Positions 1 to 12,355 of a stretch of 64,000 nucleotides of DNA are shown piece by piece. The translations under genes were made by a program, and so were the position numbers. Positions within the stretch are counted from its first letter, which is position 1; every line of letters starts with the position of its first letter. The notes beneath the pieces were generated by a model. It was not told the DNA's origin. It ran no database searches and saw only the letters and a list, made by a program, of their open reading frames with translations. Location: contig OX597817.1 in assembly GCA_951406725.2 (NCBI GenBank), positions 2,976,001 to 3,040,000 on the forward strand, read 5' to 3'. Source of the stretch: Octopus vulgaris. Taxonomy: Eukaryota.

Positions 1-328
1 AACCCTTTGAAGCTAAAAATGTCTTTACACAATATTGCTAGTTTTAATTCATAGGCGTGTTTTATAGTTTACATTGCATATGTTTGTGGTAAAATTCGTC
101 TTCGCTTGAGCCAAGTGATGTGAAAACTGTGCATTGTTTATGTGCATGTGTATTGTTGGGCATAATTGTAGTGCATATAATATAAAAATGTATCGTTAGA
201 ATTTCAGTAAATGGTAGAAGTTATGCTAATGGAACGCTACACCCGTGTGTGTGTGGAGAGAGGGGAAGAGCGAACAAGAATGTATAAATAGAAGCAATAA
301 CAGCAGCTAGAATAACAAGAGAAAGTGA

Positions 329-472
329 GAGCCTCTACGTGGTCGCTCAAACTGTTAGAATTAGCAGCCAAATCGCCCTCAGACTAAGCCACTACCGACA
401 TGGAAACCGAATGCATTCTTTTGATCATAGACTTGCTTAATCAGCGTCGACTTTGGCATAAAGAACAAACAA
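329..472 (+). mobile_element. Family E repeat (CAA-tailed, SINE-like, no tRNA head seen), internally deleted copy
   Basis: GAGCCTCTACGTGGTCGCTC...TAGCAGCCAAATC...TTTGATCATAG...AACAAACAA motif chain recurs about 30 times in the window. Confidence 0.65.
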
Positions 473-2877
473 TAGTGAAAACTGCAGTAAAAATAGCAAT
501 GCAAACAATACTGCACTAATAGCACTGATTTCAGAAATATATTTCTAACAATCGGGCGACTCGCTGTGGAATGTTTCGTAGGCGGTATTTTTATATAGCT
601 GTGTTGGTGAGTGGGTTAGATGTTTATGTATTTGATAGAAGATATTATCAATAAGTATACAACTAGTAAATATAGTAATGATATCCATCTCATCTGAAAA
701 ATATCAGGCAACACAACAAAAGAGATTAGAAAGCATGTGTGGCCATGACACTCGATGCTGAATAATCTACTTCGGTAGAAATTGTTGTTAGCACAAGTCG
801 ACTCTAAAAGGACAGAACTCTGAATAAAGATATTTCTTAGGTGATCTCTTCGCATTCTCTTCATATATAGCTAATACAGGATTACGTTATCCGGCTTTAT
901 TTTTCCCACTTCAAGACTATAATTTGAGCGAGATTTTACTGTTATTTCTAGCAAGTTTCTCAATACGTAGAAGCTCTCTTGTTGGTCAAAATTGCCTTCA
1001 TGCAGTTGGGAGTTTAGTATATTTTTTTTCTCTTGCATTTAATTACCAAAATTATTAGAAATAAAACTACACCGAGTGTCAGCATTTCTTAGAAGTAGCA
1101 ATCAAATCTTCCTCAAACCATATAACCATCTTTAGATTAAAGTTAGGGTACGATCAAATATACGAGAGAAAACTTGTTTAGCGACGAATAGTTTTTGAAT
1201 TTTTAATGATCTTTTGTAGATCCTCACAAACTGTTATTGATGTGGTTCTGTAAGATCCAGTCTCCAGTTTTGATTATTTACATTCTTGAATGCATGAAAG
1301 TCCGTACTTATTTCTCTTTTCACTTAGTCTGGCTCAAGCTGTTGAACACCATTTGCTCGGCGTGTGTGTGTCTTGCTTGTCGTGTTCACTCAAACACAAT
1401 AATACTTAGTTCTTATATTAAAGCTACTTGTATTTAAACTAACATTGGCAGGTGCGACTTTAGCGTGCAATCTACCTGGCTATTTACATTTCAGCAAGCA
1501 GTCTAACAATAATCATTACGGAGATAGATTTTTTTTTTTCACGCTGTAGACTACGGATAGCGCGGTAGACCACAAGCTGAAGTAATCAACGTAGATGAAC
1601 GTGTCGACATGACCCCATTACTGAGGTTGGATTCTGTGATGCAACTGCAATTCTGAGGCTACTGTCTCTGCGGTGGAATCGCCCGTCGTTTTTTTTTAAA
1701 TTCTATTTTACTGTAAAGTAAGAGTATTCGATTACCAATTCTACACCGTCCATCGTAAAACTTCGAGTAGCGACAGAATAAATGACGATCTATTTAATCA
1801 ATTTTATAATTTGTAGTCCATAAGCATAAAGAAAACAGAAAAAAAGAAGAAACCGGCTGAAACTGCTCGTCTTGTCTGCCTAAAAAATGTGATCTAAGCC
1901 TACTTATGAGAATATATGGTGGTGTTGTATAAGCCCTCAAGTAATCATTGTCCAGCTATTTATAGGGAAAGTTGTTTCATCTTTAGTCAGTCCTTTTTTT
2001 TTTCATTCAATATATACAAATCTATATTTTCTTATAGGTTTTCCGTGGTTACGAGTGTAGTGTGTAATTTTGGGGAAGAATTGACTGTTATTTCTAGAAG
2101 ATGGTGATGACATAGACTCTCTATCAACAACGACGGTTCTAGAATATATGGATAAGTTATAAGTTTGTAACTTCTTGAATAAATCCAGTTGATGGATTAC
2201 CTAGATTTTATTTATCCATCTTATGGGAGCCTTGGGGAAAAAAGCCATTGGAGGAAATATATGACCAGTTGGTAGGGCACTAATCTTTTCACGTCTTTTT
2301 CAAAACGTCAGCACTCGGCTGGCAGTTTCATAGCTACGGGATCACCCACCACCTTTACAAAATGGTTCATTATATAAAATTAATGTCTTGCTTTATTTTC
2401 CTTCAAAAGCGATGAAGATGTCAATCTTTGTTTTCCACCCACCCATTCCTTCCTCTTTGTGGGATTTATTCTCCGACATTCCCGTTATTTTTGTTCTAGT
2501 GCTTTATCAACAACTTTGCTAATAAAGTAGAATATAGCCTCGATTCATATAAAGTCTGCCAACACTTGCTAAGCCGGTATTTTTAAAGTCTAAAACCCAA
2601 TACCTTTTTAGGACAACGTGTCATTTTTACGACAAAGAATCAGTAGACATAATTAAGCTGTATTCTCACGAGTATAAATATCCAGGCTTGCGTTGGTGCC
2701 AATATCTTACTTCAACTTCATTTAGAATTAGCATCTTGAACTTTTTTTTTTAATTTTCGTTTAGCTCGCTTCAGCTACTTGAATCGGTTGAGACTTCTTC
2801 TTTTCTTGCTCACTAACTCTTTCTCTCTTTATACACACATACTGCGCATGTACACGCATGCACACAGGCACACACAT

Positions 2878-3482
2878 TCTTTTATTCTTTTATATATTTA
2901 AACCGTAAGTTTGTGGCCATGCTAGGGCACCGCTAGTATAATCACCTTTAAATTGATCAATTCTATGTAATTGGCTTTTGGTAAAGGAGGGAGTTCGATA
3001 TCTCTGCCCTCTTTTGAGTTTCCTGCTTTGATATTGTTTCATTTGGGATCTTGGATAGCAAGAGGTCAACTTGTTTCTTGAAAACCTCTACACCAACTCC
3101 ATGAAGATCACTCAGATGCTTTGGCAAGGCGTTAAATAGCTTCGGGCCCTTAAATCCCAAGCTACTGCTGTACATGGTTCTCGCCTTAGATGAGACAGCT
3201 AGGACTTTTGGAATAGTGCAGTGACGTCTTATTCGAGGTCTGGTATAACTCTCAGTTCCAAAGTTTGGTACCAGCCCCTCCCGTACTTTCCACACATATC
3301 ACTGCATATATCTCTCGTGTTTGTTCCAGGGAGTAGAGTCGTACCTCTGTCAGTCTCTCCCAATAGCTCAGCTGTTTCAATGATGCAACCTTCCCCGTGA
3401 AGTATCACTGAATCGCCTAAAATTCTGCTATTAATCCTACACTGTAAGGTGACCACAGTTGAAAACAGTAGTCCAAATGCAT
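2878..3482 (-). mobile_element. CR1-type LINE 3' fragment (ORF2 C-terminus plus 3' end), degenerate
   Basis: Minus-strand translation across frameshifts: HLDYCFQLWSPY, SYWERL, LYSLE, WKVREGLVPNFG, GPKLFNALPKHL, FKKQVDLLLSKIPNE; resembles the CR1 HLEYCVQFWSP motif. Confidence 0.85.
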
Positions 3483-3965
3483 CAATGGAAAAACAGAGCT
3501 ACTGGAGAGATTGAAATAGCTACGACTCTACTCCCAGGAGCGAAGACGGGAGAAGTATACGGTGATATATATATGTAGAAGATACTGGAGGGTTTGGCAC
3601 CAAACTTTGGAACTGAGTTATACCAGACTTCGAACTGGACGTCATAGCACTATTCCAAAAGTCCTTGTTGTCTCATCTAAGGTGAGGACCATGTACTGCG
3701 ATAGTTTGGGATTCTATTTAACTCCTTGCCAAAACATCTGAGGTATCTTCAAGGAGTTGGAGTAGATGTTGACCTCTTGCTATCCAAGATCCCAAATGAA
3801 CCAATTCCAAAGCAAGAAACTCAAAAGAAGGAAGCGGTATCGAGCTCCCTCCTTCAATAAAAGACAATCCGATAGAATTGGCCAATTTAAAGGTGATTAC
3901 ACTGGTGGGTGTCCCAGCATGGCTACAGCCTCAAAGCTGAAACATATGAAAGAATAGAATATATA
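3477..3965 (+). mobile_element. Second copy of the same CR1-type LINE 3' fragment, opposite orientation
   Basis: Aligns by eye with the reverse complement of ~2880-3390 (shared GTTGACCTCTTGCTATCCAAGATCCCAAATGAA and CCAAACTTTGGAACTGAG). Confidence 0.85.
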
Positions 3966-3972
3966 TAAAGTC

Positions 3973-4047
3973 GAGCAGAGAATCTTCACCAAATTTTACC
4001 AAAAGCTTGGCGATACCTGCTCAGAGGCCTACGCAAAATTTTCAAAA
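3973..4047 (+). mobile_element. mariner transposase N-terminal remnant
   Basis: Translates EQRIFTKFYQKLGDTCSEAYAKFSK, like the mariner EQRxxIKFxxKLGxTxxE HTH start. Confidence 0.6.
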
Positions 4048-5559
4048 TAATTTTTCGTTCTCGACACACTAATGAGTACACTTTCACACGCGTTTCTCTA
4101 TGTACTACAGCAAGTTCCATGCAGTACTTGAAAATGTAAACTTTTTTCCCTGTGACGTTTATGAAGTCATCGAATAAATTTTGTTAGACATCTGTGTCTC
4201 AGTTTTTTATGTCAGTAAATAACAACAAAACGAAAGAAGGAAGATAAAATGCCATCATAAAATTCATTATTTTCTCATTCAAATCCCCAAACGCCGAACA
4301 GTTGCCATCACCTTACTTGCACGCCTGGGACTAAATTTTACAACTCCTGTAGAGAAATAATGTCTTTTTGCGCAAACACAAAAAGAGATGAACTTGATGT
4401 TGTGTCTTAGAGTTCAGTGTTTCGTTTCTATTTTTGTTTTATTTTAGATCATAATAGAACATCTGTGTTCTGATTCCCTCTAGAATCAATAATTAAAGAA
4501 CACATGTGGTTGTCCCTTATAAAATTAGCTTATGCACATAATAGCTAGTTATAATTTAGAATGGTTCTTGTATGCTGTTGTTTAGACTCATCTCATCTCC
4601 GAACAGACCAATGCTAAAAGGCATTCCGGTCGTAGCCATTTGGTCTTTTTTGTTGTTTTCAAGATATATATAACATCTAGAATTACGTCATCCAATGTAT
4701 CCATTTTCATGTCGGTAGGATATAATGAGGGGTATTTGACTGCTATTTCAAGCAAGTTAATTGGAGCCATCTGGATGCTTAATCATTTTCTCGTTCTCGT
4801 ACTTGCTTTATATTTGTGATGGATTTGACAACTTTTCTGGATGTTGTGGCGTTCATATATTTCAAAAAGAACACTGAATCTTTCTTTCTCTTTCTCCTAT
4901 TTACTCAGTTTATCAATATGACCTTTTCAATTCACATTTTTAAAGGCCGCATGTACTTGTCGATTACCATGTTTTCCATACATTGCAAAGCTAAATCCTT
5001 AACAATACAGCTGTCTGCTCTTTGTTGTAGATTTGACGAAGGATCTATTAAAATGCAAATCGAAATTTTATATGGAATATATTACACGTGGCATGCACAC
5101 ATTTTTAACTAAGCACGTATGTTTTGCGTTCAGGTTAAGAGGTGTTATGGATGGCTGAAAATCTGTTGTTTCGGTCCATGTGGTTTATTAGATAATTGGG
5201 GTCTTGGTAGTGTAACCTTTTGATAGTTTAGCAGCGTAACTACGCCCTGTTCATTGTCCATGTCAATTTAATCAGATTTTTTTTTCTTTTTTTCTCTTTT
5301 TTTTTGTTTATCCGTTGCTCCACTTTCTTCACATTTACATCTGTTTCTCTCTGTTGATTCATCTGTGGAGAAAAGGTGTGGTACTCGTAACCTTTTTAAA
5401 GTTCCTGCCCCTCCTAAACAAGAGGACATGTTGGCGCATTAATTTCATGTAAAAGAGAAACATCTGTAGATCGGTGGGGGTGGGGATCTTTTCTCGAAAT
5501 TTAACACACATACCCACAATGACGTTGCTTATTTGTTAATGGCTATTTTACGTTTAATT

Positions 5560-6460
5560 ATCTAGTTTCATCCCTTCACGGTCGGTAAAATACGACCCTA
5601 TTCCACAAATTTCGTGCCTTGTACCTCTATTAGTATAGTTAGTGCATCGGGGAAAATGCTTAGCGGTATTTCTTTTGTAACGTTTCTGCCAGCTCAGGCG
5701 GCGAGCTGGCAGAAACGTTAGCACGCCGGGCGAAATGCTTAGTAGTCTTTTGTCTGCCATTACGTTCTGAGTTAAAATTCCGCCGAGGTCGACTTTGCCT
5801 TTTATCCTTTCGGAGTCGATAAATTAAGTACCAGTTACGCACTGAGGTCGATATAATCGACTTAATCCGTTTGCCTGTCCTTGTTTGTCCTCTCTGCGTT
5901 TAGCCCCTTGTGGGTAGTAAAGAAATAGGTATTTCTTTTGTCTCTTTACGTTCCGAGTTCAAATCCTAACGAGGCCGATTCTACCTTTCATCTTTTTGGG
6001 GTCGTCAAAATAAAGTAACAACTTAAGTACTGGAGTCGATGTACTCAACTTTCCCCTCCATCAAAGATTGCTGGCTCTGTGCCAAATGCGGCGAGCTGGC
6101 ACGTGCATTAGCATACCGGACACAATGCTCAGCGGCATTTCGTCTGTCTTTACGTTCTGAGCTGAAATGCCGCCGGGGTCGACTTTGTCCGGTACTTTCG
6201 GGATCGATAGAAATAAGTACCAGTCAAGTATTGGAGTCGATGTAATCAGCTTACACCCCTACCTGTGATATTACTGGCATTGTGCCAAAATTTGACACCA
6301 CTATTTTTGTTCGTCAACATCGTCAGCGATTACGTTCTGAGTTCAAATGCCGCAAAGGTCGACTTTACCTTTTACCTCTTTTGAAATTGATAAAATAAGT
6401 ACCAGTTGAGCACTGGAGTTTTTAGACGATTAAGACCCTGCCTATAGTAGAAAGTATTAT
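5560..6460 (+). mobile_element. Cluster of family A tRNA-derived SINEs (Nin/Deu-like central domain), 4-5 nested or tandem copies
   Basis: Repeated GGCGAGCTGGC head, GAGTTCAAAT B-box-like motif and GTCGACTTTGCCTTTCATCCTTTCGGGGTCGATAAA-type core. Confidence 0.9.
5679..5927 (+). mobile_element. Young family A (a-tail) SINE inserted in an older family A SINE
   Basis: 14-bp TSD GGTATTTCTTTTGT at 5665-5678 and 5928-5941; tail GCCCCTTGTGGGTAGTAAAGAAATA. Confidence 0.9.
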
Positions 6461-6994
6461 CTTCAGTAGTAATAGTTCAAATTAAATGTAAGCAGATATT
6501 TGAATTGGAGCGTTACCGAATATTGTATCTTTGGATTCATTTGTGCTAAATAAACTTCGTATATTCTCCTTAATTTCAGTTCGCTTTGTTTCAAAGTATG
6601 CAGAAAGCATTGCAAGTGAGAGAAGACGACAATCTCAAATAATTGATGTAGTTCTTCCGTTTCATTATTATTCTATTAATTTTCTTCTGAATACGTTTGT
6701 ATGAGTCAGTCAATCAATTCATTAGTGTGTCCGTCCATATGAAGCAATTTATTGATCTGTATGCCAACGGTAATTTCTTTGAGGACTGACCTCGACATCC
6801 TTGCAATCCTGGTTATAGTAATTTTCCTTTCATCATTAATATTGTCCAGTATATTAGTGTCTCGTTCTTCCATAGAGATGTATGGTGCTTAAACCATTTC
6901 TCCTCTTCTAATTCCAGCCATTGCACTGTAGCCATATTGTGGCAGAGCCTTCACATATACAGTTTAAATTGAATCCAAAACTTGTATTGCTGTT

Positions 6995-7500
6995 TTGCTC
7001 CAGGTTAGCCTTGTTTGAGTAAACCTATAACTAAAGGCATTCCAATTGTGACAATCCTGTCTTATTTGTTCCAGATAATGTATCTAAAAGTACATTATTG
7101 ATTTCTTTTAAGATAGTAAATTATAGTTTGATAGACTTTACTCCTATTTTTACATATCGAGCAACTATAGAAAGGTTTCTCTGTGTGTGTGTGTGTGTGC
7201 GTGTGCGTTCATGCGCGCACGAACACAATAGCTTTTCTGAGAGTTCTTGAGCTAAAGATTCTCTTCAAGATTTGTTTTTTTTGTTTTTACTACACAAATA
7301 TTGTTGCTGTTGATTAGTTCCACCCGGATCAACCGTAACCTAGCAGACCTATTATCAAAGATATTCTAAGTTTAATCATCTTGTATTTTTAAACATAACT
7401 TTCCGGAGCTATTATTATTCAATGTCTTTTTACATAGCAATAGCTTGACTCGAGAGATTTCGTTCTAATATCTAACAAATATGGAGTGACCACATATAAG
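6995..7500 (-). mobile_element. Two family E repeat copies
   Basis: CAGACCTAT..TCAAAG..ATTC and ACATTAT motifs, twice (~6995-7180 and ~7305-7500). Confidence 0.6.
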
Positions 7501-7510
7501 CTCCTTCACT

Positions 7511-8213
7511 CATCATCATCATTGTTCGACCGTGGTCGAGACAATGGAATTTACCATGCTACGCCAGACTTCACGGTCCATCATGGCATTACGGAGGTCC
7601 TGTTGCTGGATGCCTGTTTCCCTGGAGATTACATCAGGGTAGAAGAGTGTGCGCCCTCTGGTATTGCGAGTAGATGGCTTCCAGATGAGAAGAGTAGAAA
7701 TTACTTCGTTTTCAGCTCTACAACAATGTCCAGCAAACTGGGCTCTCCTACCTTTCACAAGAGATGATACAGGTGGTAGTTTCCCATATATTTGCATTTT
7801 GGTTGGATGACGCTTCCACGAGAGATTTTGAGCTCTCATAAGGAGGCGAGTGTAGATTCCATCCAACCGCCTCTCAAGCTTCTTTCATAACGTCCAGGTT
7901 TCTGAGCCATATAGTAGAATTGGTTCGACTGTGGCTTTGAAGATTTCAAGTTTGAAGTCTCTACTTAGATTTGATGACCAGATCTTATGCATGTCATTAC
8001 AGGCTGACCAGGCCATACCCTTTCTAGTTAGAAAGTCTTTTCCAGATGATGATATGTATGACCCAAGATATTTGTAATCAGAAACCATATTTAAGGGCGC
8101 ATAGTTGAGAGTATGGGTGATGCAATCACTGTTGGACAGGCACTTGTTTATATATTCAGTCTTGGCCTCATTGAGGTAAAGACCTACACAGTTTGAGGAT
8201 TGTTCAATTTGAG
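7511..8213 (-). mobile_element. RTE-clade LINE, 5'-truncated (RT C-terminal part), one in-frame stop
   Basis: ORFs 7885-8223 and 7519-7866: YKYLGSYI, VEPILLYGSETWTL, FAGHCCR, AMMDREVWR; (TGA)n tail; 11-bp TSD GCTCCTTCACT at 7500-7510 and 8214-8224. Confidence 0.95.
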
Positions 8214-9049
8214 GCTCCTTCACTGGTTTGCAGCAAATATTAGTTTGATTGATGGTGATATCTTGCTCTTCTCATTTCATCTTGGGATAAAGCAAATAGA
8301 TTTGTTTCCATGAAATCCATATCAAGTATTTGAAGAGGAAAATTAACAGATTTTGTTATTGCAGGATGTGTATAGAAACATATCAAAATTCAGCGTTACT
8401 AATTATAATATAGTTTCTAGCTCCACATTTTCTTCCTTTTTAATATTTTTATCTCCACATAATTTGAATATTGATAATGCTTTTCGGATATAAAATATTA
8501 AACATTATATGTAATTTTTTGTTCTTTTTTTTTTAAAACTAAAAAGTCAGTTTGCAATTATTTCCTTCAGAATCCCAGGTTATATTTGGCGTAGGTCTGT
8601 GTTTATGTATTCCACTTATTAAATATGGAAGCAGTTCCAAGACAGAATGTCTGCTCTATTTAGAAAAGCTTTCACTAGAGCATCCTGTATTTAGCTGCGA
8701 CTTATTAATTCTGGGTTGATGAAAAAAAGTCCTCATCAGTTTCCGAGTTAATTCATTTTACCAAATCCCTTCCTCCATTTCAGACATTGTAAAACTTTCG
8801 AAATAATTACTGTTTGTATTGCTATTAATGTGTAACTCCAAATAATTCAGAATTGAATGCAATGCTCCAGCATGAGGTTAGCCTTGATGATGACCTAAAT
8901 AAACTACAGAATATAGACACACGACGACACCATTTTCGAAGAATGAATAGATACCAGTGTATTCATATCCAACTTGAGAACTGGTGCTTTTATCTTCATC
9001 GACGCCAGAAGGTTGTAAAGCAAAAAAAAGAAAAAGGCTACAGTGTTAT

Positions 9050-9639
9050 TTAACCCTTCGTTAGTCACCTGACCATTCCGAATATGGTTAGTCACATGAT
9101 GTGTTACCAATTCTAATACAAAAATGTTTATAGTTTTAGTAGTCTGTAAAATATACTCATTCTATTGGTTCAAGATATATCCGCCATCAGCGCCGAGAAG
9201 TTTGAAACCTTTGTAGTTGATTGATATTAATATAAAACAATACAATAGAATAAATTATAAAATTAAAGGAAAACTAAAAAAACATCTTAGATTCAGGTCA
9301 CATTTATTTTGAAAATACCCACAGAATACACCATTTTGTGAGATTTTTAAATATCTACGATGAATAATAACGTTATAAAAATATAGCATAAACAATATCC
9401 GTTATAATATGCATTAAATCAAAACTCAACTACGTTAGCCACATGGGGTAACTTGACAAAAACGTTGTCTACCTTCCACGAAAACGGAGCCATGACTGCT
9501 CCACACCACCTGCAACACACTCTCACTGAGTCAGAAGAGTAGAAAAAGGGAGCAAAAAATAAATAAGCTGCCAACAAGAAATTACGAGCATTTTAAAAAA
9601 ACGGGGGTGACAACGCGCCCCATGTGACTAACGGTTTAA
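9050..9639. mobile_element. piggyBac-like non-autonomous element (MITE)
   Basis: TTAA at both ends; imperfect TIRs TTAACCCTTCGTTAGTCAC / GTGACTAACGGTTTAA; internal GTTAG(T/C)CACATG copies. Confidence 0.55.
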
Positions 9640-10694
9640 ATTTCAGTACGTAAAGATTTAGAAGTAAACCCTGAAAGACAATTTATCCGGCTATTTTTCT
9701 TTTCATTTTCGTTTCTACCCAACTGAAATATTTTAAGGGCAAATCATTTTTGCGGCCTATTTGTGGTGAAAGAATTCATTTACTTTCGTTAAATCCCAGC
9801 TGTTACCTTCACTCTCGTGATGTTGTGTAAACTTGAATTCCCTTGCTGCTATTTAATCACCCTAGACAATGTGCACCTCTGCTGTGCATTTGTGTATCCT
9901 ATGTGTTTTTGCGTGTGCCTAGCAGGAGGTTAATTCATCGTGCTAAGTTGCTGCAATTCCCGCTGGTACTGAATGCTATACTGCTTAGTCAGTAAGGTTG
10001 CACCGTCCTTGTAGAGATATTACTTTCATAATGTCTTTGAACAGTTAAAAACTTAGTAGTATAGCATTTAGCTACGCGTGCCAATTACTTTAGTCACTCT
10101 TTTTATATAGACTGTAAGCACACAAGGATATCTCTCTGTCGTTGTTCAACCTGTTCAAATTAACAATCAAATGTTCTACAAACCTCAGGATGTTCTTAAT
10201 CCTTAGGCCTGCTTCCCCAAGATTAATATAGGACTAAAAACAATTGCTAAATTTAGAGTAAGCCTGTAATGGCAACACCGGGCGAAAGTAATAATGAGGT
10301 TTTTTAATATAAAGTTTCTGTTGATACAATTTCTCTTACACCTCTCGTTCCCTTGTGGGGAATACATAGTGCTTTAAATATATATCCGATGTATATGCGT
10401 TCTTCGTTTTATTGAAATTTCTTTATAATTATGAGCAAACATGAACAGTTCCTAGATTCACCTGATAAGTACAGGCGATAGGTAAGTCATATTGTATGGA
10501 TATTTCATCACACGCACTTGAGAAACCCATTGATTAAGGCCTGATTTTATCTCAAGATGGAACGCATTTATTTTAGATGTCTTCAGTGTGACACACCAGG
10601 TACGGCCGTTTAGGAAATTTCTACACTGATGTAGTTTCTTACCAATTAGGAAAATCCTAACCATTTTTAGAGAAATTACTAATGGTCTCTAATT

Positions 10695-10896
10695 GAGACA
10701 CAGTCAGCAGTTTTGAGGTGTAGAGTGGAATTAAGTGACGCAATCGAGTCCAATACTTGACCGGTGCTTTATTTTACCAATCCGAAAGAGATAAAAAGTA
10801 AAGTTGATCTCAGTAAGGTTTGAACCCAGAATATAAAAGAGCCGAAATAAATACAAGGTAATGTGTCCAATGCTCTAATGACTGCTTATCCACCGC
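10695..10896 (-). mobile_element. Degenerate family A SINE
   Basis: Reverse complement of the family A core and TTCTGGGTTCAAA B-box-like motif. Confidence 0.65.
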
Positions 10897-11754
10897 TATG
10901 TGGAAAGATAAAAAGTTACCAACTTTTTAAATGTTGACATTTATTAATCAAATTCGGCCATTTTCGATCGTTAGAAGTCAGAATTATACGCTACCATAGT
11001 AACATACTAAAACCAAAACAATCTAAACCAAACGTTTGAACCATTTAAGAGCTCCCGTTTTAGCTTTAACCAGTACGATTAAAACGAATGACGGACGTAT
11101 CGATTCTAGCATATGTCCTGTCCTGAAAGAATGATTATGCCCGCCTGTTTCGATCACTCGTCAATTGATTAGTTGCCACATTGCTGACTTGTTTATTTAT
11201 GATGTACATGTAATGTCCCCAACTGGTGCCGCTTTGTGCAAAGGCAGCAAGCCCGAGGTACGTTTGTTTGTCAGCTGCCGACGAATTGATCATATATCGA
11301 AGTGATTTCAGTTCTCGTTTGTGATTGCTTCGATTTGGCTAAAATGATTGAAGATGCATTTCATTTACCTGGTTTATGTCTATAAAAACGTGCAAACACA
11401 AGTCTTTGGGGAGAAAGGAACGATATTATTCAAAGAATATATTATTTTTGTTACTTGTTGTCCCAGATTGTTTCTAATCGATCAAACTTATTAAATTCTT
11501 TCTAGCTAAGATCATAGTTTCCGAGATACTAGGAACTACATATCCAATGTAGCTTTTGATTTAAAAAACAGTTTATAATCTGAGATTTTTATCAGGTCAA
11601 GCGATCACGTACACGTTCCTTAGCTTGAATATTTCTGTATGTTAAGTACTACAGAAAACTAGTAGCAGAAAACCTTGCTACTAGTATGTGATAATTTAAC
11701 CAGCAATAAATTAAGCCCTTTTAACGTAAGAGCATTGTTAATTTTCCAAGAATT

Positions 11755-12355
11755 ACATTTGGTGCAGCTTATCAGAAGGATTAAACGCAAAGTTTTTTTT
11801 TCTTTTTTACAATACTGAAACTAGCTCCATTTACTTGAACTTGCAGCAACAATCTGTCATGCCAAGCATTCATTCGACCTTCGATGCGGAGTTTATTTCC
11901 AGCAACATGGAACACGACCATACTTTCATAGCCTACCCTAGATGAGATTTCCAAACAGGAAAATTGAACGAAGAATTTCAATAGGGTACCGTCTATATTC
12001 ATCAGGTCTCACACACTAGCCACTTTTTCCCCCTTTCTTTTAAAATTTCTTTACAAAGCTACTTAATAGATGAATTTTATGGTACAAAATTGGCAGCAGT
12101 CGACGAATTGAGGGCAGCCGTTGGACGTGAATGCGCACAAATACCGAACGAAACGTTTCTTGATGTTTAAAATTTCATCTGTTTCGCATTATGACCAGCG
12201 TCTGGACTTGAACGGTCAACAATTTGAAACCCGCCATTTATGAAAAATATTATTTTCTGTGTAGATTATACTAGTTTGAAAATGAAATGTATTTTAATAA
12301 ACACTGACTTAATAATTCTTCGATGTGTGTATATATTTTTTGAAGAACACCGTGT
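11755..12355 (+). mobile_element. Tc1/mariner-superfamily transposase C-terminal remnant
   Basis: Degenerate YLNL-QQSVMPSI, FQQHGTRPYFH (FQQDGAPPH-like), YGTKLAAVDELRAAVGRECAQIP, NGQQFE; TIR-like end near 12350. Confidence 0.7.

Noticed and set aside
1530-1720. Plus-strand acceptor TTTTCACGCTGTAG (similar acceptors at 29709 plus and ~22851 minus)
   Set aside because: No convincing reading frame with a matching donor; acceptor-like tracts are common in AT-rich DNA.
5660-5842. Recurrent MRNWYL..RQSRPRRN short ORFs (also 26172, 31768, 32006)
   Set aside because: Antisense translation of the family A SINE, not a gene family.
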